A program made the translations under genes and the position numbers. Shown in pieces: positions 48,010 to 60,745 of a stretch of DNA of 64,000 bases. Each line of letters opens with the position of its first letter. Within the stretch, counting starts at the first letter, position 1. Source of the DNA: Octopus vulgaris (Eukaryota); assembly GCA_951406725.2 (NCBI GenBank), contig OX597823.1, forward strand, positions 38,688,001-38,752,000. Reading direction: 5' to 3'. Under the pieces are notes generated by a model. That model ran no database searches, was not told the DNA's origin, and worked only from the letters and a program-made list of their open reading frames with translations.

Positions 48010-50080
48010 CAGCATGATAAGATCCCCAATTTCTGGCTAAAATATTTAACAAGGATATATAAGGTGCTGGCAGAGAAGTTCAATGAGATGCTAACAGAAC
48101 CAGAGACACACATCTGAATGCCTCACAGAGAGGAAAACCATTCTAATTCTCAAATCCACTGAAACAACAAGCCCACAAAACTACAGACCCATAACATGTC
48201 TCCCTACAAGTTGCAAAGCCTTAATTGCAATAATATTGCAAACAATGGCAGACATCTAGAAGAAAATATCCTGTTTTGAGAAGAGCAGGAAGATCAACTA
48301 CTGACCAACAAATGCCATAACTGAAGACTGCTAAAAGAAAAAGAAGGGTCTAAGTATGGATTGAATCGATTACCAGATGGTTTTTAACAGTATCCCCCAC
48401 ACATGGATTCTAAAAAAAAAGAACTAGCCATGGACAAGGTAGTACCAAAAATAATAAAATGATATAAAACATGCCATCTCTAGTACATGGATGATTTAAA
48501 ACTGTATGCAGCAAATGATAAACTGGAAACATTACTAAAGATAGTGCATGGATTTACCAAAGAAATAAAACTGGAATTTGGCTTAGAAAAATGTGCCAAA
48601 GCAACCTTGAAAAGCGGAAAACTAGTTAAGAGTAACAATATCATACTAGACAAAGAAAATGAAATAAGAGAATTAAACCAAACAAAGACATAGAAATACT
48701 TAGGAATCAATAAATTTGATACAATACAACATACACAAATGAAAGAGAAGCTACAGAATGAACACTATTGATGAGTTAGATTAATAGTAAAAACAAGGCT
48801 CAATGCAAAAAACAAGATAAGTATCAATACTCTTGCTATGCCAGTTATAAGTCACAGTTACAATATTCTTACTCAGACACTAAATGAACTAACCAAACTA
48901 GACAGGGAAATAAGAATAATAGTAACGAAATTTAGGATTCCTCACCCAAAATCTGACAAAGAAAGGTTATATATACAATGAACTGAAGGTGGTAGCAGAA
49001 AACTACTATAAAATAACCACCATAAGATTACAGAAATACTTAACTTAGAACCAAAGAAAACTAGTATAAAAAGCCACAAAACAATAAACTGCTTTCTGTC
49101 GTTAAAGAAGCTGAAAAATACAAGAAAGAAATCATAGTACCTGACAACTATGAAGAAAAAGAGAAAAAGCAAAAGTTGTGAAGCAATTGAAATCTAAACT
49201 AAAACTGGAACTACAAAATACCATGATAAAATGATGGCAAGAAAAGCATTTGTGATAAACTAAACAAAAAAGAAATAGACAAATTAAAATCCCAACATTG
49301 GTTGAGAAGCTCAGGACTCAAAACAGAGACTGAAGGGGTTTTAATTGCAGCACAAGATCAAAGATTCTCCAGCAGAAACATACAAGGAATAAAATACAAT
49401 ATGTAACAATAGAATATGTGGTGATGGGGAAGAAAAAAAATCATATTGCTTTGTCTGCCCACTCTTGGCTAAGAAGGAATATATCCATAGACATGACAGA
49501 GCTGGGACCTTTATATGCAAGAAGCTATACCAGTGCTATGGAATGACAACAGCAAAAAGATAGTATAAGCATATCCTAGAAAATGTCTCAAAAAAATGAC
49601 AAAGCAACCATACTCTGGGATATCTCAATATATACAGATAGAGAGATCAAGGCTAATAGACCAGAAAAAGCTGTCAAAAACGACTAAGGAAAAAAAGAAA
49701 AAAATGCCTTCTAATCAATGTATCAATCCCAACAGATGACAATGTATCTCTAAAAGAAACAGAAGAAATACCAAAATTCAAAGATCTGAAGATAGAGATA
49801 ACCTGAATATGGAGCCTAAAAACAGAAACAATTCCTATAATAATTGGTGCATTATGATTAAAAAACATGTAGACAAATGAATAACCAAAACACCAGGACT
49901 TACAAAATATATATAATATACAGAGAATAGCACTGTTAGGCACTGCACATATCCTACGTAAACCCCATTCAATATGATGAAAATACCAACAACAAAACAA
50001 ATCACAACACCCAAGGCACACTCAGCTGTGGTTAGTAGTGAAGAAAAAGCATGTGATAAAAACAAGACTACTGAATAATC
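48010..50080 (+). mobile_element. R4/Dong-clade non-LTR retrotransposon (RT, CCHC finger, RLE), truncated and decayed
   Basis: YRPITCLPT; YMDDLKLYA...FGLEKCAK (48487-48693); WLRSSGLKTETEGVLIAAQDQ; CPLLAKKEYIHRHDR; WDISIYTDREIKANRP; IPIIIGAL. The 5-prime end abuts (AAT)n and the 3-prime end is gaataat. Confidence 0.92.
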
Positions 50081-50544
50081 ACACACACACACACACCATT
50101 GTTTTAATTCCATTTTACCAAGCATATATGTTTGAATAAATTTTCATATATAATTAGTGTTTGTTTTATTAATGCATTAACAAAGCAAGTTAAACCACAA
50201 AGGGATTGAACCCAGAACCTTGAGGCAGTGTAAATAGTCCATTACACCTGATTAGGTCAAGTTCACTGCACTCAAATAATAATGAATTCTTAATTTATGA
50301 ATGTTTTTTTTTTCCCCACATGGAAAACATAACAAAGTTGAACTCTTGCTTCACCACTTGGGATAGGAACATAGAATAGTTAAATACCAAAATAGTTACC
50401 AAAATAGAATTCAGTTAGCAATTCTACCATTTCAATAACATCACAGAACAAAAGAAAATCCTTAAAAAATAACAAGTCAAAGGTATTTTCTAGATACTTT
50501 TAAATATATATATATAGGGAGAATATATATATACATATATCTGT

Positions 50545-50597
<53 letters not shown>

Positions 50598-53254
50598 TAT
50601 GCATAAACACACATGCATAACCATACATACACACACACATTTCTTTATAAGACAAAATGTCATGCCAACACCAAAATATCTTTTTCTGTTCATTTATGGA
50701 GAGAAATGAAGGAAGGAGGAAGTAACTCTTTAGGAATTGTAATGCAATATATCATATTTCTTGAGAATCTGTTCAAATACTTATATGATGCATACAGTGT
50801 TGAGTGGGGGTGGGGAAGGCAATGGGGCAGAAATGACAAATTGATGGGGGGAGGGGGGGCACCGGAGACACAGATCTGAAAAGGTAAAGATAAGCATTCA
50901 GAAATAGAACATTTTAATCATTTTACAACAATCACCCTACCCAACACCTTCAATTTCTAACTCTCGTTTTTAAACAAACAACCCATACATAGATACAAGT
51001 CTTTTTTTGCTTAGAAAGATTGCACAATATGTCAAAAACTGTCAAGAAACCTGGGCATGCTTTTGTGGTTGCCTATAAACATACAACACCATTGCATGCA
51101 TCCGATAACAAATGTGTGATTTTGTTCATAGTCAGCAATAACCATCTCTTGCAAATTTCTGGCCTCGTGCCTGTTAGAAACTATTATTAATGTTACAATT
51201 ATTGTTGCTGTTATCGTTGTTGCTGTTGTTATTGTCCTGCACAAACATGTCTGGCCATAGAAAAATATTACTTTGATTGGAAATAGGTGAGGGTTGGCAA
51301 CAGGAATGGCATCTGGTTGTGGAAAATCTAATTTATGCATGCACAGAAAAATGTATGTTAAAATTATCACAATGATGATTTTATCAACAGTGATGGAGTA
51401 AAATTACAGTCCTTAGACTGAGGCAGACAAAGAATGAAAGAGCTGGTGCATCCACTGATAGTGAAATATTTCTTGGTGAATGAATGGCAAAATAAATGAA
51501 AAACGTTAAAGAGGTGTGATGTTACATAGTAATAACTTAGAGACATTGAATGTAAAAGATATGTGTAGAGGGTGAGGTGGTGGAAAGTAGGGTGCAAATC
51601 TATTGGATGTGAAAATGTTAAGCTGCATGAAAGACAGAGCACAAGTGAGGTGAAACGGTGGTTAGACATTAAAGGACTTGGCTTGATTTATGCAGAAAAG
51701 AGATGATAGCCATGGGTGTTGATGATGGGGGGTGAGAGGGAGAGCTGGTAAGAAGTGGTAATGTCAGATATTAGGATGTTAGATATCATAAGAGAGATAT
51801 GACAGAATTAAATCCAGTAGATCTAGCATCTTCAAACTAGCATGGAAAATGGAGGCTGTAATAATAACAACAACAGTAGTGGTGGTGGTGGTGATGATGA
51901 TGATGATGATTATGAGGAGGAGGAGGAGGAGGAATATTTGCAAATATTCCTAGTGTAAAACCTGTTTCCACTAAGTAAACTATTTCATAATGACTGGCAC
52001 TGCATAATTATTGCTAAGTACTGTAGAACCTTTTAATGGATTGTTTGGCAATCACTGAAAGTTTTGTTTCCATGTAGTTTGTCAAAACTTGATGGAGTGA
52101 GTCAGCCAAATGGAAACTATCACCAAGTAACTTATTGACTATAAATGGAAATTTCAGATACAGGGATTAAGTGAATGTCTTAACTAACAATCAAATCTGC
52201 ACAGCAGACTTGTCTTGACTGGAACTTCAACACCAATCTACCTATAGTGTTTATATATATGTTCATAACTAATACACAGTTAAGCATTTGAAGACTGGCT
52301 AATACACTGATTATTCCCTATTATCATAAGTGTATTGATTAACAGCTGCTGTCAACTGTACACTATGAGCTGAAAACCATATATCTATGGTGGAAGGCAC
52401 CAGAAGAACAAAAATCTTTCATAATTTGTATTGAAAGATTTCTTAATTTAATTACAAGATAACAATTTTCACAGCTTTTTCTGCCAAAAATAACAAAATG
52501 AATAATAACAAAATGGAATAATTTACCAACCAAGTGGAGCCATTTGTTTAGTTATTTTAATGATATTATTTATGGAGAGAGGATGTTAAAACTGATATTT
52601 TAAGAAATATATTTTTACAAGTCAAACAAATATTACTGTTTGTGACATTTCACAAATTTTCTATTCAACCGATTTCTTGTCACACCTATACACCTATAGC
52701 TGGTATGAGCTGTAACAACTGATCTTGTAGCAATAATATTTACTAAGTAGAATTGTCAGACAAACCAATTTTGATAATAGAATCGTGTCTTCAGACAAAG
52801 TTTTATTAGATGATTGTCTTAATTACCACATTTAAAGACAGAATAGCAAGTTGAAATGTCATCAAATGCCGAAACAGAGAATCAAAACATTAAACAACGG
52901 AACCATAACATTTAAAGACAGCTGTAATATGACGACATTGTTACATTGAACTAATAAAATAGTAATTATAATAACATCTACAGACAAATATTATTTCACT
53001 TAGACTTGAAGACATATTGTTCATATAATCATATTACAATTCAGAATCAAAGCATCTAATAAGGAAAGTTTAATGTTTAAAAATACGGTAATAGTATCAA
53101 ATAGAGACATGGACCACAGTAGGGATGATGAGAAGTGAGGTCACTACAGAGAAAAAAGGTTGTTGTAGTAGAAGCAAAAAGAAGAATGAGTGCATCTATG
53201 TGGGAGGAGAACCAAACATAAAAACAAACACACACACACATATACAAGGAGTAT

Positions 53255-53545
53255 TCAGCTCATGATTGTGTGAGCTTGATTCCCAGTCATGTGTTGTGCC
53301 TTTGTGCAAAATATTTTATTTCACGATGCTCCAGTCCACTCAGCTGGCAAAATTGAGTAGTACTTGTATTTTAAATAGTCAGCCTTATTACATTCTGCAT
53401 CATGCTAAATCTTCCTGAGAACTATGTTAAGGGTACACAAAAGGTGTCTGTGGAGTACTCAACCGCTTGCACATTAACTTCATGAGTAGGCTGTTCCAGT
53501 GATCAGACCATCTGGAACTCTCGTCATCATAATCAACTGAATGCT
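53255..53545 (+). mobile_element. SINE (V/Meta-like core), same family as 1250-1520
   Basis: gttgtgcctttgtgcaaaatattttatttcacgatgctccagtccactcagctggc... Confidence 0.6.
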
Positions 53546-53828
53546 ACCTATAGACGTAATGAATCTGTCCTTCCTTGAGATAGGGTTTAGAATGATTGCA
53601 TGTGTGTGTCGTAGATGTACTGTTCCAGATATGTGTGCAATATTCTAATATGGATCTTGTGTTTTATAGCGAGCAAGTAACAACTCAGAGCTGAAACTTT
53701 GCTGACTTTCAGGAAACTTGTTTTTGGGGAGCAGTTTTACGAAAGTTGTATATGTGACACCATCAAGAAAGAGAATCAAAGTTTCTTCATAACAGTTTGA
53801 CCTGCTAGAAATAGCAGACAAATTTCTC

Positions 53829-54185
53829 TCTCAAATCACATTCTTGACCAGGGGTCAGCAAACTTCTTATCCTATTGATGACCACTTTCATTGAATAACT
53901 TATTGCCTCCTTGAATCATGTAAATTTCAAAATAAAAGTAAAAAGTATAACTAATAAAAAATTTCTTGATTTAACTTAAAAAGTTTTTTTACACTAATTT
54001 TCTTTTTCTTTTTTTATCACTCTTGCTTTTTAATGAGAAATATTTAAAGAAATTTGACAAAAATGCTTTATGAAATTGCTGAAGAGCAATAAGAAATTAA
54101 GTCATGTTACACTGATATAGTCAGAATATCATCCTCTTGGGTACCCACAAGGATTGATGTTTACCACTTTGTTGTTTATGCTCTA
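53829..54185. mobile_element. Degenerate hAT/Charlie-like MITE
   Basis: Starts caggggtcagcaaact; the right end is poorly preserved. Confidence 0.35.
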
Positions 54186-55674
54186 GCATCTTAGAAAAAA
54201 CACAGACAAAGCAACAATAATGATGATAATCTTTGAAATGCAAGAAGTAATGTAAAGAAGTAAATAAACTGAACTGAATAAAAATCCTTTATATATGTAG
54301 ATTATAAGTTATCAATAAAAGTATTAGAAGATATAATATCTATATATGATTATATATATATAATATATAATTTAATAATCATTTGAAATTATAAACATTC
54401 CAAATCATGCTGAGGAAATAAATTTATGTGCAAGCAGTTTTTTAATGATGACAAGCCTGTAGGTAGCAATTTTTTTGTGGTGTATTTGATTTTGTTGAAT
54501 TGTAGCAAAGGTGGAGGTTGAAAAGTTCTAGTAGAACAAAAGGTAGCAATAGTTAAAACTGTTTAACGAGCACTGGGTTTGTACATTAGAATTATTAGAG
54601 TATAAGTTATAAAGTAGCTACGTGTGTGTATACCATCCATTTGTATCGCAATGGAGTGATTTGACAGGAAACTCCTGATGTTAGAGAACAAAGACAGGTG
54701 TCCCATACGGGGACAAAATAGCTAGGATTTTTCATGTCTGGCATGTCAAAGGCCTGGCATTTTGCAAGGTATGTATTGATGCCAATGATAAGAATATTAT
54801 TTTTATCAATGTTCTTAAAGATGAGAGACTGTGGCTATGTGACACAGCAGAACAAATCTCCTTATATTGATGGTCACTGAGAAGTGAAAAAGAATGAAGA
54901 TGGTAAAAATAGTAATTGCTTATGATTGTTTCCATCTTTGTAATATTCAAGATCTAATGATAAAACAGCCAAATAACTAATATATTATTAACAAATTTAT
55001 CTGGCACTTTGCTGTACTCAAGAAGACCCTTCTACCACAGCAGAACTGATATCCTAAAACCACCTTGGTAGTTCTTATCTCCATGCTATCTGTCCTATTA
55101 ACCTTCTCCCCCCACATTTCATCCCCTAATACCCACACCTGAAAGCAGAATAGGCACATACTACATTCCTTGGTTCTGTCAGTTACCTTCCTTCCCCCAT
55201 CAATCACCTCCTTTCTGCACTTTCTCTCTCCTCCCTGTGCTGCTCTCCATAAACAACACCTTGCTTACTCTAAATGCCCTCACATACCTACTTCAACTGC
55301 CCACCCTGAGCCTCTCCTTTATTTCTCTCCATCATTTGCTACAGTTACCACCTCTTGCCCACTCACCTAGCCCAAACCTCTCTGTCACCTCATCTGTTCT
55401 CACCACCCCCAATGTCCCTTGAGGGTATGTACTGACACATTTCCGCCATCATCTCTCTCCCACTATTGCTCTCTTCATCTTACTCATTCTCTTTTCTTTA
55501 CGAACTGGAGCATCCATGTAACTACTCTACAGTAAGATACCTATATCTGTCCCTTCTATACCTTAAATCTCTTAAATGGGCACAAAGATACACACCCTCA
55601 ATACTACTTTCCATGCCTAGTTGAGGGGGTTTTGTCTTGCCCCTGTCAGTATATTCTGTACTCAGTATATTCTG

Positions 55675-55842
55675 TAAAATGGTTGGCATTAAGAAGGATA
55701 TCTAGCAGTAGAAATCATGATGAAACAGACAATGGAACCTGGTGTGGTTCCTGGCTTTGCCAGCTCCTATCAAATCATCCAATCAATGCCAGTATGGAGA
55801 ACAGACATTAAAAAATGATGATGATGATGATGATGATGATGA
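55675..55842 (+). mobile_element. RTE 3-prime tail
   Basis: ggttggcattaagaaggatatctagc...gacattaaaaaatgatgatgatg. Confidence 0.75.
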
Positions 55843-58103
55843 AATTGGCATTTTATTTTATTTCTAACAATGATAATTATACATTAATTATAAATTAATC
55901 TAAACTAGGAAAAAGAAAAAAGGAAAAAATTTCTGTGATATTTTACTATTGTAGCCAGGAAGACAACTCCTTATTTTAACATTACAAAACTGGAATCAAA
56001 CAGTAGAGCCTATAAACCTCTGCATGATTCATGAAAAAATGTTTGGGTGTCAGTCTTTATATATAGATAGCATATATATTTTTCTCAGTTCATCTTGACA
56101 ACGGACAAATTGTCTGAAGTGTTGACGTCTCTTTCTGCTTTTCACAGTCTAATACATTGACAGTCACTTTTGTATTGTTTTTTAGTTTGTTTTTGTCATT
56201 AGGGTTACTTGCTGACATAGACCAAGCCCTGGATTCTTTGGATATGATATCTTCCAATAGGCCCAAAACTCACAAATATTTTTACTTCAATACATGAGTA
56301 GTACTTATTTTACCCATTCCCCAGAGAAATGAAATGTAAGTTGACCTTTTGGAATATGAATTCAAAATGTAATGGGAGATTCTGAATATATTTAACCCTG
56401 TACTTTACTGCTTCTGCCACATTACTGCCTTCTCACACCTTTAAGTATTAAAACATCCTTGTTGACTTCTATTAACAAAGTTTGTGATAAAGGAAAGTAG
56501 CTAAGATTACAAATGAAATATATTTTGAATAGTACTGAAGAACAGAGAGAAGAAAATGGTAAAGGAGTGGAAGTTTCTTGTGAAAGAGGAATGTTGGTAA
56601 GTTTATTATGATGGACCAAACATGTTATGTCAGCATATTAGTGAGTGAGGTTTGTGATATTAGGATGAGCAGGATGATGTTGTTTCTTCTGGGTAAATGG
56701 AGGAAATGATTCAACGGATGGGGAGATAGGTGTGTGTGTGTGTGTGTGTGTGTGTTATCTATCTTGTCAGATAATGAGTTGGTTGTCAACAGTAGCTTCC
56801 TTCAGCTTTCTTTTGTGTATGCCTGTGTGTATTTACTATGTTATTTTAATCTCTCACTGTCTCTATAAAAAATGAGTTTATGTATGAGAGAAAATGTGTG
56901 CTGTAATTGTGTTCAGTTGTGTGTGTAATTGTGTATTTCAACATACATGGTTGTTCAGTTATGTGTATATATATTCTTTTATTGGCTTTGTGTGTTTATG
57001 TCAATATTTATGTATTTGTGCACATGTGTATGTGGTGGGGGTTTCTGATGAATGTAGGTGTAGGACAGTATGATGAAGGGGAGAAAGTGGTGTGTACATG
57101 TTTGGGGTGAGAAGACAAGTTCAACCAAAGTTCACAGACAACAGTCACATGTAAAGTAGCTACTGCTGTAAATACCAAGTGCTAACTGACTGCTGCACAT
57201 CATCATAATTATTATCATCATCATTATTAATATTGCTCTTACAAACATCATCACATACACACACACCAAAAAAAAAATCACACTTCATCAACATGCAAGT
57301 CAGCCCAAGCAAAAAAAAAAAAAGTATTTATTTTTTCCTTTTTATTATTTTTTTTTGTTACACGATTATGAAGATGGACATTTTAAGGGTAGGGAAATGA
57401 TAAACTGGGATGTTTTTGGCTTTCCCAAGTGATATATTTGAAACGAGGATGCCAATTAAAAATACCGCTGCCCCCGCCGCCACCACCACCACAACCACCA
57501 CTATCACTATTGTAAAAGATGGCAGCAACGATGACAGCAATAACATTAAGTATTGCTTTAAGATTCTTTTCTGACTAATTTTGTTGAGGTAGGGCATGTA
57601 ACTATTATTGAGTTGATAATCCCATACAGTATAGGTTTTGTATCAGAATTTATTCCTTCACTTTCCATAATAATTTGTCCATATGGTTGATATTTCAGAA
57701 TAAAACATTCAAGATATAGAACTGTTAAATTACTGAACTTCAAATATTCTTTGGATTTCGCTCTGGCATTTAAAGGCTGTCATACCACCATCTTTAGCCT
57801 ATTCATGAGAATAAAAATTGCTAAACAGGCATTTTTTTCCTCCAAATATGGTGATAATAATGTATGAGTTCCTTTCCAGTCCAGAGAGAGATTGAAATCT
57901 TTTCCTAATCACTCGGCTGTTGAATGGCCATTATGATATGATGTTGTTCTTGCTTTTGTTCCCCTCCTCCCCTTTTATCCACATTTCTCATCTTCATGGT
58001 CCCTTATCTAGCTAAATAACTGTTTATAAGTAGTTACAATAGATGGAACTATTTATTAGAGAGAAAGGCAGTATTAATATTGAGAGGTAATATTTATCCC
58101 CAC

Positions 58104-58326
58104 TTAACCCTTTCATTACTGTATTTATTTTAAGATGCACTGTATTTTTTTCAATTATTTTAAATATAACAAAGAATTTAGTAAAATAACTTGGTTATTA
58201 TTAAGCTAGTATTAGGAACCTAAATTGTGACTAAGGTTTGGTGGAAGATTTCAATTCAAAACTTATGAAAACAAGATATTTGTACTACAGAGCCAGTTTC
58301 AGCTAGGTTGGTAACAAAAGGGTTAA
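58104..58326. mobile_element. piggyBac-like MITE with TTAA duplication
   Basis: TTAA-ccctttcattac ... gtaacaaaaggg-TTAA. Confidence 0.85.
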
Positions 58327-58490
58327 ACATGGATGTTCTGTTAGAACAAATTATATTGTGGTAGGTACCATGAGAGAAACTCTCATATTGGCTTTTACAA
58401 GAGTGCGTTTTGCACCAAAAGCCAATATGAGAGTTTCTCTCAAGGTAACTACCACAGTATAGTTTGTTCTATCAGAACATCCATGTTTAA
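58323..58490. repeat. 74-bp inverted repeat (palindromic MITE), 20-nt loop
   Basis: 58323-58396 vs 58417-58490, 5 mismatches. Confidence 0.92.
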
Positions 58491-58754
58491 GAGGCGATAA
58501 GTAGAAGGAACATCCATGCAAACTTACTTTATAAAAGATAGATAAATTAATAAAGCAATACCATATGGTTTTGTACCAAGTAATTTCATTTTACTCACTT
58601 TCAATAATAAATTCTCTATGTAGTTCTGATATTTCAACACAACACTCCATTAGTTGTATAAATTAATACATCAGAGGTGTATAAACACACCATAGGTATA
58701 TAAATTAAGTGCCATTCAATAGTTAGATAATTCTTATTTTGATTCTTTGAAGTG

Positions 58755-58970
58755 TAATGATTACATGACAATTTCCCATTTCTTTACATAGTTCCTTACA
58801 TTTTTTATTGAACACAGGTCTTTTGAGCTGAAGGAGTTGGGTAGCAGAGGGCAGACAAGGCAGTGCTTTATAGTATGGTCTGTTTCTTCACATTCACAGG
58901 TGATTGAGCCAGTCTTGTCCCATTTGGCCAAAATAGATACCACAAAGTATCAAGTCAGTTACACATCTTT
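58755..58970 (-). mobile_element. Ingi/Vingi-like LINE 3-prime fragment (CCHC finger)
   Basis: N*LDT...LAKWDKTGSITCECEETDHTIKHCLVCPLLP..SKDL resembles NRLRT...KWG..CECG..QT..H...CP..DL. Confidence 0.6.
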
Positions 58971-60060
58971 TTGGGACAAAGGTATGACTACTAAATTATA
59001 GCAGAGCCGAATAAGGAATGTATGACATTGACACTTTTCCAAAATATATCCACAATCTAATGGAATCATCTGCCAAAAACTGCCCCTGGTTCTTTGATAC
59101 AAACTTCATGTTTTAAAGTGATCTTAATTAAAACCTTTTATGAAAATTTCATGTTAATTTATGTTCCAAATACAAGCTTACAAAGTTATTTTAATAAATT
59201 TTTTATTATTTCCAAAATTAATTGAAACAAAATCAGTGCATTTCAAAAGAAATATGGTTCCAAAAAGGTTTAAATTTACACACCTGACTAGTAAAAGTTC
59301 TTTACATCATTCATTAAAAAAAAGTATGGCTATAGCTGTTGTTTGTTCCCAGGTGAGTTCTGATGGAACAACACACATATGATCAAAGACATTCCAGCCA
59401 TGACCAACCTTTCTTATTTTTAGATTGTGTATCCAACATTGTGTTCCCAAATGTGCCCTTTTTATAAGCCTGCAGGGCGTGATTTAGATGGTGATTTGGC
59501 TGCTATTTCTAACAGGTCATGCAAGCACTCTGACTTAATTACAGAACCTTACATATAGTGGTGGTGGTGGTGGCAGTACTAGTAATAGTAAGAGCATGTC
59601 ATGATGACATTTTTCTTTGACAAAGTGCAAGACCTTGTTTTCTAAGACAGGAGTGTTTGTTGGAAGAGCCAAGCCAATATCTTACTTGTAGGCCCTGGAG
59701 GAAAGGGAATAAAAGAACATATTCCACTACATTTCAGAACAGATCTTGTTTAGATAAAGACAGCCTTCCGGTATCAGCTCCAGTATATTACACATAACAA
59801 CAACAATAATAATATAAAGCATGCTTCTGAAGTATCATATTTATTCATCAGCACACTACAACAACAACAACAACAGTAATAATAAAGCATATTTCTGAGG
59901 CATCCTGTTTTTTTTTTTTATTAATGCTCTACAACCATTTTTCCAGCAAGAGCAAACTGTTCCTGTGATACAATTAGATTTTTATCAAAGTAATTTAAAT
60001 TTTCAGTTTTGGGATTTGGTTTGCAAGATTCTTTATATGAGTTTGTGTGTTGAAGCATAT

Positions 60061-60244
60061 TCTGTTGTGTCTGGGGAGAGTCATTTTCTTTTTGTGCCTT
60101 ATTATTTAACACACTCACTGGTAAAATTTCCACTTTTTAAAAATTTTTATTGTCCTAAAAATAAGAAAAAAGTGGAAATTTTACCGGTGAGTGTGTTAAA
60201 TAATAAGGCACAAAAAGAAAATGACTCTCCTCAGACACAACAGA
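60061..60244. repeat. 78-bp inverted repeat, 28-nt spacer
   Basis: 60061-60138 vs 60167-60244, 2 mismatches. Confidence 0.95.
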
Positions 60245-60363
60245 TTTAAACTTTCAAGTTTAATGAAAATACCTAATATTTTGTTTGTTGCACAAATGAC
60301 CTGATGTGTAGATTGCAAAGTGGATTGAAACAGGATATGTTAACAAATGTATGTATAAATACA

Positions 60364-60745
60364 AGGCATGACCGTGAGGTAAGAAGCTTGCTTCCTAACT
60401 ACATGGTCCTGGGTTCAGTTCCACTGTATGTCACCTTGGGCAAGTGTCTTCTACTATAGCCTTGAGCCAACCAAAGCCTTGTGAGTAGATTTGGTAAATG
60501 GAAACTGAAAGAAGCCCATCACATGTATATGTGTGTGTTTTTGTGTCTGAGTCTGTCCCCTTCCACCACTTGACAACCAGTGTTGGTTTGTTTATGTCCC
60601 CATAACTTAGTTTGGTAAAAGAGACCAACAGAATAACTATTAGACATAAGGAAAAAATGTATTGGGGTTGATTCATTCAGCTAAAATTCTTCAAGGCAGT
60701 GCCCCAGCATGGTCGCTGTTTACTGACTGAAACAAGTAATAGATA
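60364..60745 (+). mobile_element. CORE-type tRNA SINE, near full length
   Basis: ggcatgaccgtgaggtaagaagc...gggttcagttcc...accttgggcaagtgtc...gactgaaacaagtaa. Confidence 0.8.
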
